The notes: generated by a model from the letters alone, not told the origin. A DNA stretch of 64,000 nucleotides from Paragordius varius (GCA_964247055.1 OZ176053.1:7130001-7194000), one strand, 5' to 3'. Counted from the stretch's first letter, positions 26,319 through 38,868 are shown. Made by a program: numbers and translations.

Positions 26319-27458
26319 CACTAGTCGACAAATTTGGACATTTTTAAGCACCACCACTCAAACTTTTTAAATTATGACTAATTTCAGTGTTTTAAAACCG
26401 AATATGAAAAAAAATTTGATCCCGCCAATCAGAATTTTGAAATTTTATAGGTTTTTCAATTTTTCACAAACAAGAGAAAATCGAGAGAAAATTAAATATA
26501 ACTTTATAATAAAATGTTATTATATTATAAACTTAATATCATTTAATACAGCGTTTTAAACTCTATCTTTTGAATATAAATATGTCATTTAAATATCAGA
26601 GAGAAAAAAATAGAACGGACTTAAACGTCAAAATTTAATCTTTTTTTTCAAGTGAATTTTTAACACATATAAAATTTTTTTAAAAAAATACTAAAAAAGG
26701 CATTCTATGGTTTAAACCCTCGGCTTTCAGATAGGCTATATTTTTTTGTTAGTTTTTGTTCTTTCGAGTACTTATTAGACTTTTTCTCTTGAGTTGGTTC
26801 TTATAAAAAATCCTTTATTTATACCTAGTGGATATACCTTATTTTTTTAAAATTATTGGTTGTTTTGTATTTTGAATTTCAGATGGATGTTGTGTAGCCA
26901 CTTTTAGTAGAATTTACTGTTATGGGGTTGGACCATTTGTATTTTCCTAATTTATATTCAATTTAATTGTAGAATTTATCTAACTTTATTCTGTAAATTG
27001 GTTAATTTGACATGTCAATTTGCCTGGATTTTGCTTGCAAGTCTTTCTTAACGGACTTTACGATTACTTATTGTTATCTTTGCCATATCTGGCATAGTTA
27101 TAGGATCGCTTGGGGGATATGCAGAGCTTGTGCAGCCGCCCATATCTATCACACTATACATAAGCCCCTTTTAGATTTTTAATACTTTGGCTCTTAGCTT
27201 GTTTAGTATCTTATTTAATGCCTAGAATTTGTTATCCATGCATGAAATATTACTTGTATCGACTTGCTTGTTTGAATATTTAAACATATGTACACGAGGA
27301 ATGATTGTTATTTTTGAATTAAATACAAATTTAAAAATTAAATTTTGGAAAAATCCTATTGGTGGCCTCAATTTTCTTTTTTGTTTTGGCCTTTCCATGC
27401 CATTAGGTATCAGAAAATGCAAAAATAATGGGGTGGTGCAAAACCTTGTTGATCAGTG
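26319..27458 (-). mobile_element. Tc1/mariner-like decayed element
   Basis: Imperfect TIRs CACTAGTCGACAA and TTGTTGATCAGTG in a TA-rich site that is uninterrupted at ~7710. A weak HTH-like remnant (IVIVKSVKKDLQAKSRQI) lies on the minus strand. An inverted copy is at 40581-41740. Confidence 0.55.
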
Positions 27459-27473
27459 TTATATAATCTATAT

Positions 27474-29920
27474 CAGTGATACTCAAACCGCGGCCCGCGG
27501 GCCGCATGCGGCCCTAAGTGCTCTTTAAAAATGCACTATGACTGATATTTATTTTTTTTTAAATAATATTTATTTTTTACCCAATTTGAAATGTAGAAAA
27601 ATTTTCTACATTAAAATAATTTTAAAATTTATGATTTATGGGCACACGTTGTTTCTTCTTCTTTTCTTTTTGAAATTTTTATTGCATTTCTTTTTTATTT
27701 TCACCCATTGCACATACATTTCATTATCCTGCATCATTTTTAAAACTCATTCTCATAAAATATTTTCAACTCAATATCATTAAATTTCAACTTGTTTTTT
27801 ATAGCATAATTCAATTTATATTCCTATCTTTTTTACAGAATATTTAAACATAAATTCAAAGGATGACATCTAATGCCAAAAAACGTAAATTATCCGATGA
27901 AAATCGCTCCTTTAAAAAAGAATGGGAAACTAGTTTTTTTGTAGTTTTAAATAACAATGTTGCTACCTGCCTTATATGCAAGGACAATATAATTATAAAA
28001 AAATTCAATATTGAAAGACATTTTAAAATCCATCATTCTCATAAATTACCAGAAAATCTTGAGGAAAGAAATGAAAAATATAAAAATTTTAAGGAATTAT
28101 ACGAGAAAGAAAAATCTATTATGGCCATAGCTTTTTCCCAGGAAAAAGCTGTAACATTAGCTTCGTATGAAATATGCTATATTTTAGGAAAAAATATGAA
28201 ACCGTTTACTAATTCCCAACTAATAAAAGAATGTTTAATAAATGGTTGCACTTTTTTATTTGATAAATTCCATAATAAAGATCAAATCATGAGACAAATT
28301 AAAAAACTTCAACTTTCTGATTCAACATGTGCTCGACGCATTGAAGATATGTCTAAATATATTTTTAACAATACATTATTGGCTCTGAAAAATTGCAAAT
28401 ACTTCAGTATTGCAATCGATTCCAGCACTGATATAAGTTCAACACCTCAATGTGCGCTCTTCGTGAGATTTTGCAACGACAACATAATCAACGAGGAATA
28501 TTTGAAATTTTTACCAATGAATAATACCACAAAAGGCAGTGATTTTCTTGAATTAGCACCTTTTTCGATAATAATGGTATATCTATGAAAAAATTGGTTT
28601 CGATCTGCACAGATGGCTGTCCCTCTATGATTGGAATAAACAAAGGGTTTATTTCTCTTTTAAAAAACAAATATAATTTGCAAAATCTATTATCCTTTCA
28701 CTGCTTTATTCATCAGCAAAACTTGGTTTCGCGTGTAAAAGATGAATCACTAAATTTAGTAATTAAAACGGTTGTGGATATAGTTAACTACATCCGTGGC
28801 AGAGAATTCAATCACCGTAAATTCAAAAACCTCCTGAAAGATATCCACAGTGAGTTTGATGATATTCTTTTGTACACCGCTGTGAGATGGCTAAGCCTTA
28901 GCAAAGTATTGAATAGATTTTTTGATTTAAGACATGAAATTCTATTATTTATAAAAGATAACAGAAAGTTTGACGAGGAAATTAATAGTGACAAATGGTG
29001 GGTTTTATTAGCCTACCTTTGCGACATTACTTATAAACTTAGTACTTTTAATACAAGTCTTCAAGGGAGCAAAATAATAACCCAATTTGCTAATCATATA
29101 TTTGCTTTTGAAGAAAAATTAATAATATATAAACAAGATTTTATAGATAAAACACTCCTACATTTTCCAACACTCAAAACGATTCATAAAGAAAATATGG
29201 AATTTACCGCGGATATTAATTTAATAATAGACAATCATTTAACATTTTTATCTAATGAGATGAAATTCAGATTTCAAGAATTAAAAAATATAAAAAATTG
29301 CTTAAAGCTAGTGGAAAATCCATGGCATATGGATATATCCAACATTAAGCAACTTGAGCTTTTCGGTTTTGATCAGGCGGTTATCATTGAAGAATTCGTT
29401 GATTTTAAAAATGATTCCAATTTGGAAGCTATATTTAAGGAAAACCGTAGAGAAGAAAGATATGTAGAGTTTTGGCAAGTTGTGCCAAATAAATATGAAA
29501 ATATAAAAAAATGTGCTCAAGTTGTCCTAACTATTTTTCCATCAACTTACACATGTGAGACGGCATATTCAAAAATGAAGTATATTAAGAATACTTACAG
29601 AAATCGCTTAACTAATGATCATATGGACAACGTATTAAGAATGGCCTGCCATGAGGCGAAACCAAATTTGTCAAAAATTATTGGTTAATATTAAAATAAA
29701 TGTTGTTATCTATATATTTTAATTTTTAAAACTAAATGGTACAAAACGAATTTTTAGCTGGATTTACATGCGACCCGCAAAAAATTTATTGTGCTGATTT
29801 AAAGTATAAATATGTGCGTTGTCAAATAGCTATGGAATATTTGCCATTATAAGCTTCATGGCCCTCGAAAAAAAAATATGTTTTATTTGGCCCGTCAAAT
29901 TTTTTTGGTGAGTACCACTG
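27474..29920 (+). mobile_element. hAT DNA transposon (Buster/SPIN/Charlie type), 2447 bp
   Basis: TIR CAGTGATACTCA / TGAGTACCACTG; perfect 8-bp TSD ATCTATAT at 27466-27473 and 29921-29928; GGCCCGC-type subterminal repeats. Confidence 0.96.
27863..29688 (+). CDS. hAT transposase (GTF2IRD2/FAM200-like), split by one frameshift at ~28560
   Basis: N-terminal CLIC...H...H BED-like finger, IAIDSSTD, ICTDG, CFIHQQNL, VRWLS and STYTCETAYS. One extra T in the T-run at 28561-28565 would fuse the two ORFs. Confidence 0.9.
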
Positions 29921-30099
29921 ATCTATATATATAAACGTTGATATAACCTTTTGATTCCAAAAACCTTAACTAAAATACAGATTGTAAAATAACCAAAGAT
30001 ATATTTTCCATAAACTAATATCTAAATAATCAGAGACATATTATGAAAATTAAAGCTTTAAAAAGCAGCCCAGTGACTATGTACAACGTGACAGAGGAA

Positions 30100-32460
30100 A
30101 AAGCATCGTACGCAAATACTGTGGAAAAGGGCCACTTACTTTAATAATTAAAATACAAAATAATGTTAGGTTCATCAAATGAACCGTCGTATTCGCGGAA
30201 AAGATCAAAATTGAATTTGCGCTTTTCCCATTCCGTTTCTATTTGCGCGCTCTAAATTTTTTGAATTGTTATAAAACAAACGACACTAAAAGTTAAAAAA
30301 GAGCCGGTCCGCCTGTTATAGGGTTAATATAATAAATTACCTCACCTATCAACCCTTTATTTAATATTCGTTGCACAATATATGAGATAATAAAAATAAG
30401 CACACACATTTTTCGATTGTCAGTAATTTCACTAAAAAAATTTAAAAGTTGTATAAATCAATTTATTAATCTACATCCCTAGTTGCAAAATAAATATTTG
30501 TATTCTAGTTTAATTATGGACAATCTTGAATAATTTGGTAATTTCTCTGAGACCATTGAACAAGGCAACTGATCTGGTGGGTCATTTTGATTTCTCTGTA
30601 GCTGGACATATACCTGACGGTTTCACATACCTGGTGGTTTGTTTGGCTTTGCCTATAACTATGGAACAAGGCAACATATCTGGCGGTTCAACTTTAATTT
30701 ACTGCGATTATGGAACTAAACATATCGGCCGGTTTTTCTGTAACTATGAAACTAGGCAACATATTTTAAGTTAAATTCTAGGTAATTATTTGAATAGGCG
30801 ACATATCTGGTGGTTTATATTGATTTGTCTGCAACCATTGAAGTAGCAAATATATCTGGTCGTTTTAAACTAGGCGACATGCCGTTTATTTTAATTTCTC
30901 TGTGATCATTAAACTAAGCAACATATCTGGCGGTTTATTTTAATTTTTCTGAAACCTAAGAACTAAGGCAGCATATCCATAGGTATTTATTAAAATACCC
31001 TTTTTCCGAGTATATTTGGTTTGCGTGCGATCCATATTCCTGATTCACTGTTGCAGGTGGATATAGAGGTGTCTGAAGCTCTATTTTTCCGAACAAAACC
31101 GTTTGCGTGTGACAATACAAACAGAATAATTTATTTTATGTTAATATATTGTTTACACAATTTTATCTGACACTCTGAAGAAATAATATGTGTTGGCGGC
31201 TTTATGTGGCCTAATTCAATAATTTCAGAGAAGTAAATAACCGCCAGGATTTAACCATTAACTACAGACAAATCAGAATGAATGACAGACAAGTTGGATA
31301 GTTCAATAGTCTCAGAGAGGCAAATAATTGATCATTCTTACTATAAGTAATTATTACCCACATAAAGCTGTCCATAAATACTAGTTTTACAGAGTGTCAT
31401 ATAAAATCGTCTAAAATAATTATATTATGTACATAAAATACATTATTCCGTTTATATGTCATATGCAAATTGTTTAAAAATATAGAGCTTCAGAAAGCAT
31501 TCCTATATCTATGCGCAACAGTGAGCCAGGCAAAAATTTTATTGGGGAAAAGGGTGATTTTCTTTTATAATTATCGAGAGATATGTCGCCTTCTTGGGTT
31601 GCAGTTAAGTCAAATTGAACCCTCAATGTTGCTTAGTTCAATGGTCACAATGAAATCAAAATAAACCGCTAGATATGTCGCCTAGTTTAAAAACTCTCAG
31701 ATATATTTGTCCACTTCAATGGTTACAAAAAAATAAATATAAACCGCCAGATATGTCACCAAATTTAATAATTACATAGAAAATAACCCCAGATATGTTG
31801 ATATACTTCAATGGTTGCAGAGAAATCAGTGTGAACCGCCAGATATGTTGCTAGTTTTTAGTTGCAGAGAAACCGTCAGATATGTTAGTACCATAATCAC
31901 AGTAAATTAAAAATGAACCGCCAGATATGCTGCCTAGTTCATTGGTTTAGGAGAAACCAGTCTGAATTGCCATATATGTAGCCTAATTTTATAATTACAG
32001 AAAATCAAAATAAACCGTCAGGTATGTTGTAACTAAGGAGAAATCAAAACCACCAGATAAATTGGCTTGTTCAATGCTCTCAAAAAATTACCAAATTATT
32101 GAACATACTACTTATAAAAAACAATCTATACATTTCACTCTAAACTTATAAAGAGTATATTAGCGATGTAGATTAATGTTTCAAATGGTTTATATCTTCA
32201 TATTTTATAAAATAAAGCAGTGAAATCAAATTAAGACAATCGAACAACGTGTTTTATTTTAATTATTGTATTTGGTAGGTGTGGTAATTCATTATAATTC
32301 TATAAAAGCGAAGCGGCCCTTTTTTAGCGTTTAATTTCGTTAGTCCTCTTAAAATTTCAACAAATTAGAGAGCGCTAAAAGAAACATAATGGGAAAACTA
32401 AGTAACTCCAATTTTGACCTTTCCCGCGTAACCCTTCGAGTAATGCCCCTAACATTAAAC
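30100..32460. mobile_element. foldback-type element: long TIRs plus mirror-oriented ~40-50 bp internal sub-repeats
   Basis: 30170-30560 is inverted with 32040-32460. The left array reads ATATCTGGCGGTT (30520-30980) and the right array AACCGCCAGATAT (31240-32070). No transposase is present. Confidence 0.75.
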
Positions 32461-33689
32461 AATTTTATACACTCTCATATATGCATGTTAATATACAGAT
32501 ATACCTACTAATTGAACAATTATATGACAATCCACTTTATTTAATGGTTAAATACTTTAAATATTAAGTACTAAAAGAATAAAGATAATTGTGGTGCATA
32601 CGTAAGCGGGTTCGACCATTTTTTATTATAATTACAGTAAAATACTGTTAATTTTTAACGAATGTCTCAGTGTTTCATCGATTAATTGCGTTGCCGTTAC
32701 GACGCGGACATAAAAGTCAAAATAATATATATGAATCACGATAAAGACATAAAATCTATATTTCCTGAATCATTATGCGCACTAATTTTTGAAAATATTA
32801 GGGATAATGAAATTAGCTGTTTATCAAAACCATATCAGATTAAAAAACGTTAAAATGTATTTATAAAAGCTGTTGATTTATCGATTTTGCGAACACAGTA
32901 ATTATTATATAATATTTAAACATCCTTAAACTTAGATTATAATGTCAGCCGCATAAAAAAATTGTTTTGAAGACCCGACGGTCGAAAAGTTTCTGATTGC
33001 TGTTTTACACTTTTTTATCCCTTTCATTGTTTATTTTATCATATAAAAGTAAAATGTATTTTGATTCTCATATTGGTTTTGGTTTATGAGCTTGGAAGTT
33101 ATTCAAGAAAACCCTATTTATCCTAATAGAAAATCGCACACCCTTTTTTAAATTCATGCTTGATAACAGTTTATTCCGTCAATACATGCCCTAAATTATA
33201 TTTATTCAAGATATGATTTTCATACATGAGCTTATTTGAAAATATTTAATAATATCTGTTAATATCGGCTCTTTAATATAAACGCAAATTACCTGATCAT
33301 TTGTTATTTATTGTATGTTGAAATAACTTTTAAAGTTAATTTTTCTACATAGTGGGCTTTACACATATCAAAACGGTAGAAAAATCACCATAAAATATAC
33401 AAAAAAACTTTTTCCATTAGATGCCGAAGAATACTTATTATCTCAAAATTAATTTCAAATTTTCGCCATTATTTTTAATTAAAATTTAAAATATATTTAC
33501 TGATAAAAGTCACGGGATTGCAGCACATTCCAAAAGTTTAAGAGACTATGTTTATTTTGACGATTCGATTAATAAATGTTCCTATCGTGGTTAAATCGAA
33601 TTCTAGCTTTAACTCCAGCATATGGAAAATATTATCCCGATGTAAAACACATACGACCGTATTTATTTAATAATGGCTATTTTTTACGA

Positions 33690-34240
33690 TCGAATAAGAT
33701 CCTTTTAAAGTTGGTTGACAGAAACCAAACAGGTTAAAATTGAAAGCGACACTATAAGATTGGATTTATTTGGTTTAACTGTAACTAATCAAAAAGTTAG
33801 CGGGAAAAAACAAAACGAAAAATATACCTATAATATTGGGGAGAAAAAACCAATAATAGAAGGGATTAAAGTATTAATCAAAAACGAATCGAATAAAAAT
33901 CTCAATAGTTATACACCATATACGACCAGTATAATATTGAACTAACTGCTAAGTCACTTATAATTGTATACATAGTAGTCTATGCCCCTACGTCAAACGT
34001 TCCTAAAGAACACATTTTAGGCAAAGCTCCAAATTTTATATGTAACTAAGAAAGGATACGCTTATGTTTAGATTGTTTTCTAATATCTTTAAGTCTTTTT
34101 CATTCCACCATGCTCCATTCAGGTTGATTTTACCTGCAAAAACTTGATATTTATAATTAAAATCAGCTGTTTTGTTCAATCGTGCTTTAAGCTTCCCAAT
34201 TATAGACTCTAGGAGGAACAAATAAAATAATAAATTTTAT
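33690..34240. pseudogene. decayed LINE AP-endonuclease, first half on + strand and second half on - strand
   Basis: + strand: IRLDLFGLTVT...IVVYAPTSN; - strand: KTADFNYK...NEKDLKILENNLNIS. Confidence 0.45.
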
Positions 34241-35818
34241 CTAATACAGCAGTACCATGTTTGTCAATTATTAACAAAAAAAAATTAAAAACAGTAGTTT
34301 ATTGACAACATTAAGATCTGGGATATCAAAGTTATTTTTGAAAAAATCGAAATTTTGTACGGTCCCCGAGACATTGTGTGCGGCCCGCGAAAAATTCGAG
34401 AATCTATAATTTGCAAAAATATGCTCACAGCTCATTAAAGTTGATATTTTTTAGACACAATCCAATGTGTTTTGCTTATATCTTTTATACGATACATTTT
34501 AGTGATATTTTTTGAATGAAGCTTTTGGCCTTTATCAAAAAAAATTTTCTTCACAAAATGAGCATAAATCTTGCTATTTTCAGATATGGAGCAGTTTACA
34601 CAAAAGTGAATATGACTTTGTTTATCAAGCGGCATTAGAGCACAAAAATTCCTGAAATCAAAAAACGTCGATAGATCCTTTTTTCTGCATCGAATCGAAT
34701 GAAAAAGGGATTAATATAATATTTGAGCTTTAGCGTTGATAGAAATTATCGAAACACTTTGTTTTTATAAGGCTTAATTTTTTGGAGGCTTATTGGCGAA
34801 ACTCTATAACTCTATATAGATTTAATATATGATTGTTTTGATAAAAATCAATATCGTTTACCGTATATTAACAAATTTATGATTTATGATTCACCCTGAA
34901 ATGATTTTTTGACCTTATATTTTTGGTCTTAATGAGCTCCCAAAAAAGAAGAATCTTAATTGATAACATTGCGTTTGTAACTATCCTTATTCTATACATA
35001 AACAAATTAAATTTAATTGACGCTTTTTTATTTAATTTTATTGGACCTAATGTGAGATAAAAAAATTTTAATTTTGGTTATTAACAGAAATACATACCTT
35101 TTTTAGTATATTTACCGCATATATCATTTTAATATTAATTAACCTGAAACTATCTATCGAATGATATATCAATCCATTAATATTTATATTGCAGCCTACG
35201 GTGTTATATTCTACTAGAATAGATAAGTTTTTTAATCTGAAAGCAAAATCTCCAGGATTGCTTTAAATTTTTTATGTATGCTAGAGATTAAATAAAGTTA
35301 TTTCGGAAAAAAATAAATATCTTGCGCGGCCCAAAGAGACCGTATGCGTGACCCGCGAAAAAATCGGAAATCCATAATTTGCAAAAATATGCTCAGTTTT
35401 AGATAATTATTATTTCTTAAATTCAAATTAGCCTATTGAATTGATAACGAAATTTTTTTATCGTGCTTGTATTTTTTACTAATGTAAATTGAATAAAATA
35501 TTTTTGAATGCCCTTACATATTTAAATGCGGCCCGCCGGTTTATTGAGTCAAAAATGCGCTCCCCGGAAAGATGTTTTAAATATCCCTAAATGAATGCTT
35601 TAAATTGTGCTTCATATAAATTTTATTTATGTAGTTTTTTCTGCAATGATTAACAAATGGTTAAATTTTTTTAATCTTGACTAAATCACGCAATACGTCA
35701 GTGCGCAGCTAGTAATATATACTATGAATATTATTGATATGAGTGTCAATAATCAAAACTTTAAACGTTTTCATTGTTATACCTTCTAAAATTTAAAACA
35801 AATATTTAAAATCATAAT

Positions 35819-37063
35819 TTGATATTAATGAAAAAGTGCGAAATTTCGAAAGCTAAAAAGCGAAAGATAAAGATGAATTGTTCAAAAAACAAAAAGAACA
35901 AAACAAAAAAGCAGAGTATGAAAAAAATGTGCAAGCGTCAACCTCAACGTCCTTTGGCAAATAAAAAGCGACATCTCAAGAAACGAAAAGCACCCAAAAA
36001 GAGCCCTAAAAACACTAAAATTAAAACGCTGAAAAGTAACAAAGGTGGAAGGAATTCGAAAAAACACTCTATAACTCAAAAGAAGCGTTTCAACTCCAAA
36101 AATAACAAAGGAAAAAGAAATACAGCGATAAAGTGTAGAAAGGTCAGTGAAAAACGAAAAATTAAAACTACTACTACAAGAAACAAAGCACCCAAGAGAA
36201 AAAAGCAAACTGGAAGAAAATTAAAAAAATATGTTGGAAATAAAAGATTAAGATGCAACAAACTCACAATTGTAACGGATCATCCTTCACAAAATCAGTC
36301 TGATAATGATTCAGTAATAGTACCGGAAACAAATGTTCCTACCCAGACATTAAACAAAAACATTTCAACAGATTCTTCGAAATTAATTAATAGCTCTCCT
36401 GCTGTAAGTAAAAAACCCCGAGAAATTACAATACATACAACAAAAGAGTTAAAGCAGTCTGCTTTGTCAAACAATAGTACAGCAACAATTAATAATATCC
36501 TCGAAACTCTTACGCCTGCAGAAAAACATTTAGATAAGACTGTTTCTAATATAATAGCCACATCTTATAATAATTCCCCAGTAACAGTTATGCCTTCAAA
36601 AAAAGGGTTAAAACGGTCTAATTGTACAGCAAAAATCAATTTCGAAACCACTATGCCTACGAAAAAACCTTCAAAGCCTGTTCAAAACATAATAACAACA
36701 AATGAGTGCGAAAAAACAATTATGCCTTCCAAACGGTTAAAACAACCTTCTTTGTTAAATAGTGATTCAACAATAGTTATACCTGATGCAACCATGACTA
36801 GATCTGAAAATCAGATTTGTGAAAACACGATTTCCACATTAAATCCAAAACCAGTAAAATTAAAAAAATGGATACCAGATTATATAAGAAAAGAAGCCGA
36901 TTGGCCGCCCATAGACGTTGAGGATTTTTTTTTAAAGAAAAAATTAAAAGAATTGCGACTTATTCTTAAGTCATCAATCATAGGACACGCTGAAATTTCA
37001 CGTTCACGTTTCCAACTGCCACCCAAAAAATATACTTCCAATATTAATTATAATTCTCCGTAA
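35819..37063 (+). CDS. 414-aa protein: K/R-rich N-terminus, S/T-rich repeats, C-terminal INCENP IN-box-like domain (family founder)
   Basis: The long uninterrupted ORF stands out in very AT-rich DNA. The first ~150 aa are strongly basic, followed by internal MPSK/MPTK repeats. The C-terminus KKWIPDY..WPPIDVEDFF..KKYTSNINYNSP is conserved in several paralogs. The CDS call is well supported; the product label is tentative. Confidence 0.75.
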   Translation: MILMKKCEISKAKKRKIKMNCSKNKKNKTKKQSMKKMCKRQPQRPLANKKRHLKKRKAPKKSPKNTKIKTLKSNKGGRNSKKHSITQKKRFNSKNNKGKRNTAIKCRKVSEKRKIKTTTTRNKAPKRKKQTGRKLKKYVGNKRLRCNKLTIVTDHPSQNQSDNDSVIVPETNVPTQTLNKNISTDSSKLINSSPAVSKKPREITIHTTKELKQSALSNNSTATINNILETLTPAEKHLDKTVSNIIATSYNNSPVTVMPSKKGLKRSNCTAKINFETTMPTKKPSKPVQNIITTNECEKTIMPSKRLKQPSLLNSDSTIVIPDATMTRSENQICENTISTLNPKPVKLKKWIPDYIRKEADWPPIDVEDFFLKKKLKELRLILKSSIIGHAEISRSRFQLPPKKYTSNINYNSP

Positions 37064-37626
37064 GAGTTTTTGACACATCATGTCCTACTATACTGATTGT
37101 TTAGTAATTTGGGCCTTAAATTATCAGCTTTTTAAATTATTGTTAAGATTTGGTAACATATATATAACTTTAATATCATTTTTTGATTCCTAAAACACTA
37201 ACTAAAACTGTCAAAAAAATTTTATCAGAGTGGAAAATAAAGCGTTAAAGATATATATTCTATAAACTAATATTAATGATTACACGTTGATGTGAATATT
37301 AGAGCTTCAGAAGACAGCCCAGTGGCTATGTCCAATAGTGACACAGGAAGATATGTCGCAGGCAAACCATTCATAAATTATTCCGCCAAAAAAGGTAATA
37401 AATAAATAATTTAACCATTTTAAAACACCTATTACTATACGGTTTAACTTCATTAAGATTATCATTTTAATTAAATTATATATTTATTTATTTTCTTTTA
37501 TAAGATTTTAAGCTCTATTATTATGCTTAACTTATAGATTTCAATTCAAAATATTAATTAACTATAAATTTAAAAAAGTTTACAAAATTTCGGGACCAGC
37601 AGCACATAATACAAAGATTTGGTTAA

Positions 37627-38079
37627 TTGTCACATATTTTTGTCAAATTTGAAATATTATATTATAATCATATGCATCCAAAAAATATAACAATAGCCTA
37701 TTGGCAAGAAATATACAATATTCCTTCAACAAAACGGCTAAAACGGTCCACATTTTTGTATAATGACACACCACCAATGACAAATGATTTACAAGAAGAA
37801 ACAACTCCAACAACATCTCAAGATAAGATTGATGACAACAAGCCAAGGACATCAAATAATGCAAAACCAGTGAAATATCAGAAACTGATACCGGAATTCC
37901 TGAGGGAACGAATCGATTGCATATCCCCGATTAATTTTGAACAAATTAGTTTGAAGAAAAAAATCGCCCAATTAAGAAACGTAATCAGTGCATCCGAGAT
38001 CGGTCAGGCCGAATTTTTACGCTCAAGGTCTCTTCAGCGTAAAAAATTCGCAAGTGATACAAATTTCAATTCACCGTAA
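37627..38079 (+). CDS. IN-box-like family paralog, 3' portion (start uncertain)
   Basis: PSTKRLKRS repeat plus PVKYQKLIPEF...NFNSP; tandem downstream of the 414-aa gene. Confidence 0.55.
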   Translation: MSHIFVKFEILYYNHMHPKNITIAYWQEIYNIPSTKRLKRSTFLYNDTPPMTNDLQEETTPTTSQDKIDDNKPRTSNNAKPVKYQKLIPEFLRERIDCISPINFEQISLKKKIAQLRNVISASEIGQAEFLRSRSLQRKKFASDTNFNSP

Positions 38080-38868
38080 GAATTTTCTTACAAAAATTTA
38101 GAAATATAATTTATATTCATATAAATAATCATACGATTCCGAATAGACTAAGTGTATTCGTAATAGAAATACTAAATATTTTCGAGTTTGGGTTTAATTT
38201 ATATATAAAAATTAATTAAATTTTAAAAATAAAGTGAGAAATCTATAAAAAACTCTAAAGTTTACATTTATATTGAATAGTTTCGAGTTTGATAATTTAA
38301 TTTTTAGGATAGTTTTTAGTTGATTATTTTACAATAACGTGTCGTGCTTAAGTTAATACTTTCTAAGAAATTAATTGGACTACACAAAAATGTATGCCTT
38401 AAATATCTTAAATAACTCCATAATATTTAGAAATAATAATTATAAACATAAGATTTTATATTTACAGTACTAACCAATAATTTTAAACTAATGCTAAAAT
38501 AACCAATCTAAGGTTTTATTATGTTACCTATAGTATATTTATCACAAGTTATATATATTATATTGATTTTTACAGTAAATGCAATCTTGCGAAACTTAAT
38601 GAAAAAGTAGCAATGTATAGTTTCTTACAGGATATATTTTTTGAATTTTTTTACTAAAGCCACGAAATACTATTTTTTTTATTTGTCAGATAAAATTATG
38701 CATAATGATTAATAATTCCTATTATATTTTAATGTGCAAATTGTTTTGTTCGTAAAAATAGAGTTTCGGAAACCCCAATATCCGATTCCAACAATGAATC
38801 TGGAATAAAGATAGTTCGCAAACCTTATTTTCCTTGGGAACATCAGTAATTTTTAAAAATGACCGAGA

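Noticed and set aside
27538-27783. 81-aa Phe/Ile-rich ORF in the hAT leader
   Set aside because: Low-complexity T-rich sequence with no motif.
35882-36561. Hydrophobic minus-strand ORFs (also 13699-13932)
   Set aside because: They are antisense shadows of the lysine-rich 414-aa ORF.
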